The notes beneath the pieces were generated by a model. The model did no database searches and was not told the origin of the DNA. It worked only from the letters and a program-made list of their open reading frames with translations. A stretch of 64,000 bases of DNA. Origin: Catajapyx aquilonaris (taxonomy: Eukaryota). How positions within the stretch are numbered: the stretch's first letter is position 1; each line of letters starts with the position of its first letter. Location: NCBI GenBank assembly GCA_000934665.2, contig KZ538442.1, positions 1 through 64,000 on the forward strand, written 5' to 3'. This document shows positions 38,101 through 52,900 of this stretch, one piece after another. The position numbers and the translations under genes were made by a program.

Positions 38101-39740
38101 GAGTAGAACTCGGTTTGGTTGTGTATGGTACGCATTTATGAGGTATGTCACTCGCAGATTATATTGCCTGGGAGGGTAAATATTTCAGAAAGTATCCTGT
38201 ACGATACATCAATTCACAAATATTCAAGTTGCCTTCATTACAGATGTAGCAATGATGGTAAACATGGCAGCATGCGGCCCATCTTTATTCCTGATATTCA
38301 TCTGGTTAACGCATCCAAAAACAGCTAAACAATCGGGCCATGCTGGGATGAAAAATTCTGAATAATTCAATGGTGGGAGAAAAAAAAAGTCTCGTTTTTT
38401 TTTGGAGGGGTTACAACTAGTGGTGGCAGCTAACAAGGGGCATGTGCCGCACGGGTGCGTCGATAACCCCCCCTGCAAAATAACTATATTTCAAACTTTT
38501 GGGAAGTTTTTTTTTTGAGGTGGATATCCTGCCGGAGAGAGAGTAGTTTGCAGTCAATATGCTTGGGGTTGTAACTTTTCTCAGCACGTCGAGTGGAATG
38601 CATGGAGTTTTTGGAGTAAAATCCAACCCTTTATAGGGTTCTCTCTTCCTTCCCTGGAAATAACCCGGCATTACTTCCGTTTGCTTCTGGTTTCGGCGCA
38701 GCTTTGATTACTTTGTCATTATCATCAATCATATGCTCCTGACTGCGCGTGTAGCAGAAAGTTTTGTTTCGCCTTCCTCAAAATTGGGCGATTTTTGAGA
38801 CACGAATGTGATGTATTGCGTCGAGTGATAATTCGACGACACATTAGAACACCACTGATACTTGTAATGAGTAAATAACTCAATAAGGGTCCAATCCAGG
38901 CAAAACTAGCTGAGAAGGAAAGACCCACTTCAATGAAAGTAGGTTTTTCGCATAATGATGGTCGAACATAACTCACTTTTTCTAAAGTTACATTATATTT
39001 TTGTTAAACATGGAACTTGTAACAACTTTCTTTCCCATCAGGAGTCATCTATTGGGGGGTAATGAGTGGGCCTAACGTTGATTAAGTTTACGGCTTGTCT
39101 AGCAGGTTTATCACAATGTTTGTATCCTTTCTTCAATCATAACTCGCGGAAATAAATCGCGAAAATAGGTCCTAAACCATCTCCTCTCAACGTTGGACAT
39201 GCTCGTCTCATTACATCGCCCGTGAGAGAGGTCGCAAAACAACACAACCTGTGCAATAAAGGCGAAATAACAGATCCCATAAAAATATAGCCTCTTGTAT
39301 CATATGTGTCCTTTTTTTTAAATTGAGGCTATTCGTTGCCCCTCTGGCAAGATCATTGAGTATGATGTTTTTGGAGGGCTGTTTATCTGGATTCAGCGGC
39401 CATTGGATCACAAAACCGTGCTCTTATAGGACCTATCTTTTACGATCTTTATAACAACAATTCCCTCGTTGTGCTGGCATGAGTCGCTTTTTAACCGAGT
39501 TGTTGAGATACGCAGAGGATACATGCGGGACATTTCAGCTAGAATATTTCTGGAATATTGGGCCGAAATCTACTTCATGACACCGGAGTGTGTTGTTGTA
39601 GTTTCCAGATGCAAACCATATTGTTTACAATCAGTTCCACTTCTGGTAAAACAATATGTGACAAAAGACCTGTTACACCGCTGAAGGCACACTGTGGATC
39701 GATGATTCGGCCTTGTAATTAATTATTGTCGAGCTTAGGT

Positions 39741-39859
39741 TGGGTTCACACGGGCGTCATTGTGTTTGTCTTTGGGTCGTTGTGGTTGGAACCCACCATA
39801 TTGGTGGATTCCAGCCACAAGAACCCAAAGACAAAGACAACGATGTTCAAGTGAATCCA
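39741..39859. repeat. 119-bp imperfect hairpin, probably MITE-derived
   Basis: 58-nt arms pair without gaps around a TAT loop centred at 39800; on the plus strand 5 G:U pairs and 7 mismatches. Confidence 0.85.
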
Positions 39860-42800
39860 TATTTGCTCCTACCAGCAAAGGTAAATCTTCCGACTACTGG
39901 ACAGTGCGTATAAGTTTAGTGAGGAGATGGCAGCGAGCAGTATTAAATTGTTACCAAAATAGTGTCGTCAACTATCCTGTGTGACCAAATAATTTCTCGA
40001 ACGAGTCTATTTTTGACAGGTAGGTTATGTAAACCTTTCTATGAAAAAAAGGCCTCGAAGAAGAGGTTCAGAGACATTTCCGATGGGGCTTACTGCTTCT
40101 GGCACATCCTTTGTGGAGTCTGCGTGCTCATAATGCAATCATGCAGAAACGAAACAATTCCTGCTGTCAGATACGTTTACTTCCACAGACGTAAATTTCC
40201 GACTGTCAGGAATTAGTAGTGCCATTATCTTCAGGTCGGCCATGCTCTGCTGCGCTATTCTCTACATTCACTCCGACTAGGAGCCAATCAACACGCGCGA
40301 CGAAACTTTTCTTCCTGATATCGCGTTATGAATCTATTGACACAATCTGCATACAGGGTGGTTCACTGCACAAGTTCAACAACTCAAGCAGGTAATGATG
40401 TCTTGGCACAGCTTCCAGTTTGTTTCATATGTATATAGTGAGTTTTGACCCAACAGTTTCGCTTTATTTTAAAATCTCTGTGGCATGTTTACATTTGGCG
40501 CATTACAAATGCTTACGTTGTTTTTAAAAAGCAATTTAAAGACATTGTATTGCAGTGCATCAGCGGGATGCCATGTACTCTGAATAGTCTGTCTGTCGTG
40601 CTATTTTGATTACTGTAATATGTCACCGTTTATGTCTCATTGCCCAATGTGCTGGTCTGTTATAGCCGTGGATCAGTGACAGTAACTCGCGCGCTTTGTC
40701 AGAGCGATGGCAAAGCGTCAGTATTTAAATTTAATGTTTCCTGCTGCCGTCGCATCGTCATTTTTCCCTCTCTCTCTCCCTCTCTCGACAAATGATATAA
40801 AGTTCCGGAAATGAGGACAGGGTAGAAGTAATTTTGTCAGGGCAGTATTCTGCAGTCGCCGAACTTTATTTCCCCCGATAATGAACTGCACCAGGGAAGT
40901 ATTCCGGGCAGGAGGATTGGGTATTTCTGTACTTTTGAAATGGCAGCGGGCAACTTTTTGAAACTCGATCTAGAATATATAGCCAGTCTATCCAAGCAGC
41001 TAGCTCCCCTTAGGCAGCACCTCACATCTGCGATTACTTCGAGCTAAAAGAGTATTCCGAGTGAGCCAAGGTAAAGTTTGTTGGAAGAAAAAAAAAAGAA
41101 AATCCCCAGCAGATTCTGGTGGGCCAATCGCAGGACAGGCGGAGTTGAGATTGACGCACTAGGGTTGACCCTGGTTTAACCCGGTGCTCCAGGGGAGATA
41201 GCCGCAAGTGTTATTCACTTCACCGCTGTCCCCGTTGGAACCTCTTGTTTGTCAGTTTGGATAGTGTTAATTAAATACTCGGCCTGTACAAGTGCGGGAT
41301 GGCAAAACCACGATAGGCTGATATTTAAATGGGAAAACACTGACATATCAGGCGTTTTAAACACCCACACAGTTTTTTTTAAAGCATTACTAATTTAGTA
41401 AACTACTTTTGTAAAACATTGCCTGAAAGCTTCAAATGAACACAATTTTATTCAGAGGAGACTTAGAAAAATGCGATAAAGAGTCTACATAGGTCCAAAG
41501 TAATGAGTTTGAAAATCATGGAATTGTGACGAGTTTCTCATCTTTAGGCCTCGAAATTTGAAGCTAATGGCTGAAGTGTTGAACACTTTTAAAATATTAC
41601 AGAGCGAACACGTTTACAGCGCCTGAAAAAGCTGAATTTATTTCACTTAATAATAATTAGCTGTTAATATTTTGATTACTCCTGAACTGCTACAAGTCTA
41701 CACTGAATATTTAAAATGCATAAAATATGGACATATGCATGAATCATTCACTTTAATCACCTATATAGGACACAATAATATATTATTCACCATTCTTACA
41801 ATGCATAATAGTGTATGTGCATGCAGTTGCCTGATCGTATTATGCAGATTGGTGAACATTTTAACGCATTGTGTGCAGTTGGTGAATAGATTATGCACAA
41901 GATGCATTTTGACATTTTTATGAACCAATAAAAACGGAATAAAATTATGCAAAATGACGAATAACTTTTCCTCTCCATGAAAATCGAAAGTTACGTACAT
42001 GCACGTAGGAACTAAATTCTCCACAACATATAGTGCGAATATCACTTTGAACCAACTGCATAGCTTTCGGATACTCAAAATGTATTATCTATCGGCCGCA
42101 TATGGCAATAACCCTTAATGCGCCATTAACGCTGCCTGTTAATCTAGATCACACTAAATCATAATTTCGCAGTTGCACCAGACTGACGCCCCATGAGCTT
42201 ACTTGCACATAAGCATCTGGCAGATGTCAGGCCCTGGGCATATTTTAATACCAAGGGTTTCTTGTGCAGCAAATGCCTCAACCAACCATTGTTTTTGCTC
42301 AACCACACCCCACGTATACTATACATAGTGCCCCCAAATAAATTTGATGCTAACTCCAGGGCTGTGCCCCCACGATAACTCGCCCATTAATTTACCCCAA
42401 GTTGCAATAAACACTGTCAAGTCGACTATGACTTCCAATATTAGCCTGTAACCTATCGCAGCAGTTAGTCTCCTTCCAGCCAGTATTTATAGATTATCCT
42501 CCTCCATGAAGTAAGATAGCGGACATGAAACGCTGTGCAAACCCAGGCAGTGTCAACGCTTGTTTATTTATTTCATTTGACGTGCGAGTGTCAAGGTGCA
42601 GTACAGTTGACCGAGGCGNNNNGGGCGCCTCTGAAATTGGTTTATCTACAGGACGCAGTGGGTGGGATGGGGTTGAAGAGGGTGGGTGGGTGGGATGTTA
42701 TCCAGGCCCCCATCCGATGCACAAGCCGCCTCCCCTCACGTGGAAAACGCGCATAACTCTCCTAGCTGAACTCTCGGAGGAAAGTTGGGACATGGATGGT

Positions 42801-42992
42801 GGAAAAGGGGGTGGGAAGGGGGGGGGAAGGTTGGAGGGGGAGGTGGAATGGAAAGGGAGAGAGGAAGGGAACCCTAATTTGGATCGATGGGGGTCGTCTC
42901 TCTACCACCCCCAACTCAGGCCCCCACCTCGACACTCCCTGCAATGTTGCCAATTGCTGTGCACCAGGTTACTCCTCAGCTGATGGTCACCA

Positions 42993-43053
42993 CAATAATA
43001 AAAATAATAACAACAATAATAACAACAATAATAATAACAATAACAACAACAAT
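42993..43053. repeat. (AAT/AAC)n compound microsatellite
   Basis: Direct low-complexity run. Confidence 0.9.
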
Positions 43054-46000
43054 CTATATAGTATACCTAATCGGCTTATTCTCTCTGTCCACAAGATTGT
43101 CCGTGTTGATTTATCGCCTAGGACCCTAGAGCTTTACCATAGTTTTCACTTTCCCCGTTCAACAATGAAAGGACATAATATCGGTTAGAGAGGGTGGGAC
43201 CCACTTCAATGGAGGCGAGACACGTGCTGGTTATAGCACCCTGGTGGGCTTTGTCCGGGCGGTGACTCATCACCAACGTGCATGTAGTAGGCGTACTACT
43301 TTATCCCTGAGGGTGGCAGGAGTGTGCAGAGGAAGAGCTTATATGCGCCAATTGGTAGTGGCTTATTGTGCTACGTTGGAGGGTGGGCCAAGAAGTGTTG
43401 GCAAATTTTGGCACTATACTAGTCATAATAATAATAATAACAATAATGTGCTGCATGGCTAGCCAGACATTCTAAATAATTTCGCTTATGCAGACTGCAA
43501 TATCCCTCGCAGCTGGCCATTTATTGCCTGCAAAGTGCCGGAGACAAAATAATGCATGCAGAAATGCAGAGAGTGTATACGTGATTTGCGACCACTTGGA
43601 TATTTTAAGCACCTTCCAGGAATGGACCGATGAAGGTTCCTGCAGGGTACATGCCATACTGTGACCGGGCATAATTAAGTTTGCGGGTCGCCACGAGGCT
43701 CTTTTTCGGCTGCTATTTGAATAACTTTTGGATGAGGGGGGGGGGGGGGGGGGANACAAGTCGTGAATTATTTTATCGGAATCTTTTTCGCGTCCGGAGT
43801 GGAGCAGATGCGCGGCAGTAAAAGGCGACACTTAGTTATGCGTCACTAATTTGATTAAGATCGGAGCACAGATTCAATTTCTTGGGGAGGCGAGTGACAT
43901 CGGTGGTAGTTACACAGAGGCTACATTGCGTTAGGGACCCAGTTTAAAAGCACGTGGTAGTGACAGTGCGGGTTTGCTGTGCTTGACATGCAGTTGACAG
44001 TGTGGATTTGAACAATGCGGAATTAGCTATTGTGTGGGCATTATGGTCGATTCAAAATGGAATGGAGAAGACAAAACATCGATGGCCAAGTGTGCAAGCA
44101 TTGAAATCGTATCTAATTTTTAAGAGTTCATCCTGTTTTCATAGAGAGCAATTACAATTCCTACAAACAAAATAATGTTTAACGAATTAATTTTGTAGAT
44201 TGTTCCATCACGAACATGATCGTTCTGCATTTCATATAGGTTTTAATTTGGAGACACACAATATTTTCACATTTGGCCATCGATATGTTTGGATGGTTGC
44301 TTTCTGATGTGACCTAAACGGTCATGCATTATCCTAAGCAGTAACTCGTTAATAGTGCAAGTTCATATATGATATATGATGCTGTCAACATTGATGATAG
44401 ATTATGTTACATCAATATCCATCAGTATTGACCCCCTAGATTCTATCACGCGTGATACCGGACCATCCAGAATGATCTCATCAGGTAAATGTGGCGCTAA
44501 CATATCAAAACTTGGAACTGACCCATGACTGCTGCAGCCTTGTTGAGAAAATATTTAAATTGTCCCATCCGAAGCATATAGCAACAATCACATTTCATTA
44601 TTTATATGAAAAGCAGTCTTTGATTTTATGTGGTATATTTAAGTGAAAATAAATGAGATGTGTTACTTAAATATGTCTGACATGCCTATTTCTGATGGAC
44701 TGCTGTTACAATGTATATGTGACAAAATCAGTGAACATGACACGTGGTAATCAAAGAAGTGTACATTGACTAGCAAAATATTGACCCCGCATGAGTTACG
44801 CCACACAAGATAATAAAAGAACACGAAGCAATTATCACAGTATTGCGGTCGAGCCATGTTTTTTTCCCCCTTCTCTATCCCCCTTCTATTCTGATAGCCT
44901 CGCCTTTTATGTAATATCCGCCCATCCCATCCCAACCCCATGAACCCAGGTAATTAACAAGTTAGAAGAGAAGAAAAAGTTTGAGTGCGGCGTTGCAAAG
45001 TGGCCAATAAAAAGAGGGGGCGTGGGTCGTAAAGGGCGAGGCTTAACACACAATAAACCGTGTTTTGCGAGGGTGACACACAGGGGTTTGAATATTCCCC
45101 GAAGCGAGATTGCCGGAGGGGGTCAAGTCTTTTTTTTTTAATTGAGGAGGTTTACATGCAACGTGTGTGTACGAATGGTAGTGTCTGATGACTGGATGAG
45201 GGGAGACTGCGACAAAGGTTAAGTTTGATTTTGTTGGGCCAAGTCGCCTCGGGCATAGTGTCACGTGGAAACTGCGTATTAGGCATCCTTTGTGGGTAAT
45301 AATAACAAGTGGACGACTTAATTGCGCAGGAAATGAAAACATGCTGCTAACACTGCACCATTGGGTTGAGGTTGTTTTAGCAAACTAAACGGAGTGCAGC
45401 TTCTGTTTACAAGCCTTTGCGAGAATTATATACGCACATCCCTTCAGCGATTCATGAATTTTAATCCACAATGAAAAACAGCAGCTTCTGGTAATAATAA
45501 CAATGATAAATTGGGAGCAACAATAATGGCCACATTCATTCGCATGGAATTTTTTGCTTCTGTTTTACATAAACTGGCTGCTGGACTTATTCGTCTACTC
45601 TAATTTTTACACACTGAGGCCTTGACCAGTGCACCTACATGCTCAGGTTGGTAGCTATAATAATAATAATTGCTTTCTGTGCATACTATACAGCAGTATG
45701 TGCAGTGTGAAGTAGTCCTACCAGAATCAGGCTCGAGGGCAATGCGGAATAATAAATAATTATTGCGGGCCCAACTTGCAATAAACTATCATATGCAGAA
45801 GTGCAGGCTAATGTTTCGCCAGCACTGTACACACCTTGTAGCATGATGATGATTAATACGACCATTACATGCGGTTAAATCTGAATTTTTGTTGTACAAT
45901 ACTAGTAGGTGGTAATTTACACGCCTCATGCTACGCTCCATTGGGTCTAGTTATATCATCCACCTGGAGTGCTGGGTCAACCCGACCTGCATTACAGTGT

Positions 46001-49000
46001 GGGCTCTTTGAAACTACTGGGGAAATAATTCAACAGGAGTAGCAACAGGGCTAGAAATTACTTCGTTAATAGCCGTAAAGTCTGGAGAAGGCAGCAAGTC
46101 CAAACCTTCCTTTCAAAATGTGAAGGCAGATTCTGTCCGTCTGAATGCAGAGCAGGGCTCGATCTCATCCACCTGCAGATGATGTCCAAAATGCTGCTGG
46201 TTCAGTAGAAAACTGGACGTCAGTCCCCGGGAACGGATGTGCAAAATCCTCCGGTTTTCGAGTGGTCGCTGAAATTCCGCTCATGCAGGCACCCTGTCTA
46301 CTTTTCATTAACGTCAAGTGTGTTGGGTTTTCTGCTTTTTCCTCCATCACTCCCTGTCACGTCTTGTGTGCATAGGGCCTCGGTGCTCCATCTAAAGGTG
46401 ACACACTAGATCAACCGTATATCAACCTTATCCTGAAATGTGTGCAGCCCTTGAGTTCGTCGGTATTTGGACATTCTGCATGATATAAGTTTTTGGGCGA
46501 TGTCTGCTCGTCTGTACATCCGGCTTCTATGGCTGCGGTCCTTGAATAATGAATGGTCGGCGTCCAAACTAGAGGAAAACACGTGCGGTGCACAGAAATA
46601 TCCATAAATGCTACTGCGACAGGCAATGCAGAAGTGTTTTGTATATATGAGCCTGTACAGTACAGTAGTGCAGCATTATATTGATTTTGGTATAAAGAGC
46701 ATGTAGTATTGTCGGAATGTAGTAATCGACATGGGTCGGTTTTATGTAGAAAAAATGCAAGGTGGTTCGTAATTGTATGACCTCAAAAATTTACCACGCG
46801 ATTCTATGGGCTAAGAGAAATGAACAATGCGGAGTAAACATGATCTAGCCCACAATTTAGGAGAAAACAGCAAGTAAACAGAGTAATATTTTATTAGTTT
46901 TCCTCGTGTAATTGTGGTTAATAACAATAAACAGCAATGACAAAGTGCCACATCTGGACAGACACATGAAGTTTTGTTGTCGCACTCATAGCATTTTTTT
47001 TTGTCCGGCAGAATGCGGTCGTGCAGTTATTAAATAAAATAATAATGTGCGCATAACAACACTACATCAATACTCGAACTCGTTACTTGGACAATTTCTC
47101 CTCCTCCACATGTGCGTTCAATGTCACGAGTCGGGCTCATATGCCATGCAAATGGGGTAGTAGTCCAGTCACGTTCTCGGCGTCACCATTGGTCAAGCCT
47201 TCATGCGGGCGCTGAAGTGTGGACGTGCACACCTTGACACACTACGTGGCATGTAATTTTGGGTTCATATTAATGGTCGCCTGATATGTGGAAGGTTTTG
47301 ATGCCCCGAGCGCGCCACATTATTGTTTTATGCAAATAGTGAAAGCATGCAGCTCTCTCTAAAAAAAAGTGTCCTCTAAAGGCACCAAAATAACATTGTT
47401 GACATGGCCACATCAACGGTGTCAGTGGTGTTGCACAGACGCAAGTTAATTTTTTAGTTAGTGCACTGGCTGACTTACAATATGGGACAAAAAATGCTCT
47501 GATGTAGAGGCGATGATTTTAGCAAAGATACTCTACGCTTTATAGCACAGTGTAAAATGTGCAATGCTGCTCTTACCTGAATCCAGTTGTGCTGGAATTA
47601 GCCTATCAAACGTCATCTCCATTCTGAACTCATAAGGGGATTGATATACAGAGCAAAACCAATGAATACCTACTGGCTTTTAAAATCCCTGAACCGCGTT
47701 GAATTATGAGTCTTTCAATTAGTGCATAATATTGCAGTAAAGCATCCTCAAAGCGTGCAAATGTCACACATTCCGTCCAGATAATAACGGGTTGGGTGGG
47801 AAATTGCTTTTAAAGTACCGGCGCATATGACAATAGTGGCCAGCCGTAACATAATAAATTACGCCATTGAATTCGCAGTAAATCAAAACCTGCAGATCTT
47901 CTCCAAGATATAATTATTAATGAGACAATATTTTTGGCGCAGAACCCACTTCTCATACATCACTTGTGTAATTATTGCCGTGGGACAGTATCAAACATCG
48001 AGCTCTTGTAATAGGATTCTCAGAATTATATGCTATGAAATCATTGTGACGCACTGTATGCCTCGAAGTACGTACTATACTCACGCATGTGAGTTGCGCA
48101 ATTATTTCCGTCATTTGCGAACTAGCAGTACATGCAAATTGTCTGAATGTTATATGCTGAAATTATGAAGGTCAGCTGTAGAGAGGTTTTGATTTACTTG
48201 CTCATTTTTACATCCAAACTAGACCACTTTGGACAATGTGATTATCAAAAATGTTTTACACACATTTTAAAACAATTTAATTTTAATAACACGTCAAAGC
48301 AGCTTAATTGCAGGAGATTACATTACCCCACTCTACATGAGCCATAACTCCATTATGATTTTCCCCCCTCTCTGGATTTTAAACTATTTACAGTGCTTTC
48401 ATTGATACTGTACTCTCTTCTTGATCCGGTGAGAGAGGTTATCCGTGGACAAGCTGGGCATAAAGCTAAAACCGACCCATCTATTTCAACGCACCATGGG
48501 CGTAATGCATTTAGGGTTTTGGTTAATGGTGGTGGAAGCAGGGCTAGGCATAATTCATGAGCATCTTCCTTTTATTTTTGAACTACGGGGCAAAGTTGTC
48601 GAGGAATCGACAGTATAATATGAACTATTCAACGTAACGCGGAAATCCGAGCTAGAATTGGCGATACTTCATGTTGATATATTAGAGGCAAAAGCACAGG
48701 TCTGTGAAGTTGTACCATCCTGCTTGCCAAGTAGACCATTTTTGCGAGGGCTTATTCACTCGTGTAAATACTCGTGGATACGTATAGCGTATAGATGTGC
48801 CCCGTCATCACAGTACAATATGTTTTGGCTTAATGTGTGCACTTATAATAACCAAGAGAACCTAAAATAACATGAGACAGTTAGCACACAGTACCTCTTC
48901 ACATTGGATAACTTTCATGCCTGTAACAATATAAAACTTTGTGTGTAGCCTGAGTCCATCGGGTGTTTGCATATCACATGTACCAGTATTTCCAACTACG

Positions 49001-49875
49001 TCGGAAAGAGGGGAAAGAAGTGCTGGAATTATTAATTCCTTGGCTTGGGAGTCCAATTTCGTGCCTGGTCTCCTTCACTTGGCCGGACCTTTACTGATTT
49101 TCACTCCACTGGGCCCCAGAAGGATATGGACGCTTCCTAGCATCTGTCCGGCCTGGGTATAAAACGTGTCCCAGAAGACTTTAAGCTAAATAATATACCT
49201 TCCCGGGGGACCTTCATCCCTGATACATGGCAGTCGTAGACTAAAGGCTACAAAATGGCCAGCGGTGGATAGAAGGTTATTTGTTTTCTCGGGTAGGTTG
49301 TTCCATGATATTACAGGCAGGTTTGGACTAGCAAAAGTTGTTGATTTTTTTGGCGGAAAACGTGTTAAGTACAGTTCTGTAAAAATATTTATCTAGCCAG
49401 AATATGTCAGGTGCAATGAAGTTTTATGTGTCCTGGACCATTTTACTGTATTGTCTAACGCAGCCAGAGAACCCAGCTGGCTTTTCACATCCCTCCCCTA
49501 TTTTGCCTTACCATTCACAGACCGCGAAACACCACCAAACAAACCGAAAGTGGCCAGTGTAGTCTATTCATTGTGACCCAATTTGTGGCGTTTGAAGGAG
49601 TTTGAAAACATTATGCTACCGAAGACACACGTAATAGTTATGCAACAAGGACAAATTAAACAATCAGCTCACTCGTCAGTTCAAGTCATCAACTGAAGAG
49701 GACAGGCGAAGAGGGAAAAAAAGTACTGTAAATGGTAGACATTCGCATTCAGTTTTGAAATGAAAATGTGGTCCCGACTTTCTCTTACAGTAAATGTTTC
49801 CATAATCTATGTTAAATGAAAATTAGCAGCTCTAAAATTATACTTCAGCAGCCTTGACGCCTATAATATTTATGT

Positions 49876-49952
49876 CTAACTTTTTGAACTACATGAAACC
49901 TCACTCATTACTATAGTAATGAGTGAGGTTTCATGTAGTTCAAAAAAGTTAG
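49876..49952. repeat. Spacerless palindrome (perfect 66 bp, 49881-49946)
   Basis: TTTTTGAACTACATGAAACCTCACTCATTACTA|TAGTAATGAGTGAGGTTTCATGTAGTTCAAAAA; extends to CTAAC/GTTAG with one indel. Confidence 0.95.
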
Positions 49953-52900
49953 TATTACCGCAAATTGCCATGAATTACTATGTGCATGTCCGCATGTTTT
50001 GAATCAATAATGAGTTTCCTTGAACAGAAATTAACCTTTAGTTTTTTTTAGAAAGGAGGGGGTGGCACGTGTTCGGATAACACCCCTCCACCTCTCTCCC
50101 CCCTAACACCACTGTTTTTCTTCTTCTTTTTCCCCTTTAGTGAGAGAGAAGGTTGGAACGTGAATAAGACATCGCGGCGTGGAGATTTCATGGCCTATGG
50201 TGGCTGAAATTTTCATGAGGATATTTTTTTCCTCCTTCTCCTCTCTTCTCTGAGGGAAGGTTTCGGGCGATGTTGCCGCGATTGGTACGTCTATAGCGTT
50301 TCCAAGCTGTTGCAATCGATTACATTTGTTGAAGGAAAAGTTTCTTTGCAATCCCTGCCCCCCCACCTCCTCCCAACTTCTCTTCCTTCACTCAGTTCCT
50401 CCGACAAATGTTGATTTCTTTCATCTTTCCGGTTCAAATGGTTTTCCAGTCATCAATTTATCACGTGCACTCCATCTACGGTGAGGTTGGGAGGATTGCA
50501 AGGAAAATGTATTTTGTCATTCAGGAGCAAACCCCGGAGGAAATGCTTGCTTGCACAGTTTTAAAATTTTTTTGAATCACCTGCTGTCACTCTATTTCCA
50601 GGAAAAGGAGCAGGCCTGTCAGAGTACGACTCACGGCTTTTGTCAGACGCCAGCCACTATGCGTGATAATTATAGTCGACATGTCTTACTTAAGTACATA
50701 TTCGTGCGTGACTGCGTGTACGCTTTGCATTATTTGCTATCTTATACTGTATGCAGACGTATCACAATGATTTTGACAAACTTTTAGGGTGAACCTCTTG
50801 GAACTTAGAGACCCACTGTGGAGCCTCAAAGCCTCATTACAGAGATAATGAGCTTCAAACGCAAGATGTAAAATATTCTGTCAGGTGTTCGTTCCTCGTC
50901 CAAGCAACCTTGCCTTCCTGATATGCCATAAGTTAGTGTTGTAATGCAAATAAAAAAAATAACTGCGATCTTATTTGGTGTAGCAGGCAGTCACAGAGGT
51001 GATGGAAGTGTCACATGCTGCATTAAATGGATTAGTCACCGTTTAAGCAGCGATAATCACGTCAACTACTGCATTAAACGAGAAAATAACATCAGGGTCA
51101 CCACTCATTTCATTGTGAAAAAAACGCAATTATTAGATCCTGTTAATTTTGTTGAAAACCACTCTGTATTCAAAATGTGCGTCATGAGTCATGACGCATT
51201 ATGCTGCAGATTGCCAGCTGGCATATTGTTAACTACTGGAGGCGGTGAAAAAGAAACACCGTGTTATTAAAACGCATGCAACACTAGTTTTGAGTTAGGC
51301 GAGAGGCAGGGCAGAGTATATCTCGCAATGCTGCTGTTTAACGTGCTTTTTTCAGTTTCCAGGCATACAGTAATGCAGATGGCCTTTAGCAGTCTTCTGG
51401 ATGTAAAAACCGTGAAAAAAATAACGGGGAAATCCCATCTATGGGGCGATGGTCATGCTTTGTGTGCGGCGCATGAGATGCATCACATGAAAGTGAGGCT
51501 TTTTCAGCGACAGAGCCGGGCTTACATGTGACCTATTATTAAGGCGAATTTTACGGTTTGAAAGAACAAGGCGCATTTTGCCAGCTCGATGCTTTTTAAT
51601 TAGATATGCTGCCGTGGTAGGATAAAATTTAGCGTGTCTGACTTATACCACCCAAATATTTAACGATGAGTCAAATGCATCGGGATGATATATAGTTTCA
51701 TTTTTCTGAATATTATAAAAAATAAGGAAAATATAAATAACGTGTCAATGAACTTTCGCCACATTTTTTATTTGTTATTTAATTAATAGGTATGCACGAT
51801 ATGTATAATTTGTAGGCTACTGTGTCATAAAGGTATGGCCAATTCTTTCATTGTAAGTAGTAAAACCTAATAAATTATTAGCATCATTGTGCAGGCTACT
51901 TCGAGAACAAAATGTGCTTTTCCGTAGGACGACAGAATAAAAGTTTTACAGTGCTTGACATATGCCGTTGGGGTTATCGCTGCAGGTATATACTGCAGAT
52001 GGCCTAGGCGAATGCTGTAGGTTGTATGGAGCCAGGGCACGTCTGACCTGAGCAGTTTTTTTTTGACATGCAGTATAGTCTTCAGAAAAGGTTACGGGGT
52101 TGGCAATGAATAAATGTTGAAAAATGTTACGCCATCTTGATGCGGAACAATATAGCATCCACAGTCCATGCAGGAAAATATTATTTCTAGGTTCGTTTAT
52201 TCGCATTGCCCCAGTGCCCTTCGTTGATCCCAACCATCTTCATTGTCTGTACGTTTAGCTATTGTAATACAGGCACAATTCATCGCACCTGTTTACTTCT
52301 CATGGAATAGTAACGTTGGGTTGTGTTAGCATAAAAATGTACATTGTTAGGAATTTAATCCTAAAACAAATAAGAAATGGCTTCCGTACATAACCTAACC
52401 AAACTGTTCCCATTTTGGATTAGAAGAGATATAAACATAACCTTGACACAGTTGATCTCTAGTAATCTACTGAAGTGGAGCATTGAGACCGACGGTACAA
52501 CTGTTCACCATCAACATACAGTATACAAGTACTGTACTGAACTGAAGTTGATAGCGTATGGTTTATTCTTCATCCTGGAAGTTGGACAACCTAAGCGCCT
52601 TTCTTGTTCTGCAAGACGAATACTTGTCAGGGGCTAGCCGAATCGGGGAGCCAACGAAGCTCATTGCTCTCCCGTAAATCCTGGGTGATTAGGAGTCAGT
52701 TACTTGGTGAAATAACGCTGTTTTGTTACTGCCTCCAGAGAGCCTGCAAGCTTGATTTATCGCTCCCCTAGTGTAACTGCACAAGTGGCGCAGAAAGGGA
52801 GCGTTTATTATTTATCGCCCGAGTCCTATCACCCGTATTTATTGCGTATCCTCTTGTGAATGCTGAAGCTAAATGTGCCGAGTGCTATGAATAGCATCGG

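Noticed and set aside
42800..42880. G-rich tracts with quadruplex potential, and poly-G next to N gaps
   Set aside because: Low-complexity sequence that is common in this window and unreliable near gaps.
44445..44487. Hammerhead-like CTGATGA followed by a stem on the minus strand (similar cases near 19244 and 58299 on plus)
   Set aside because: The required GAAA core or flanking stems are missing.
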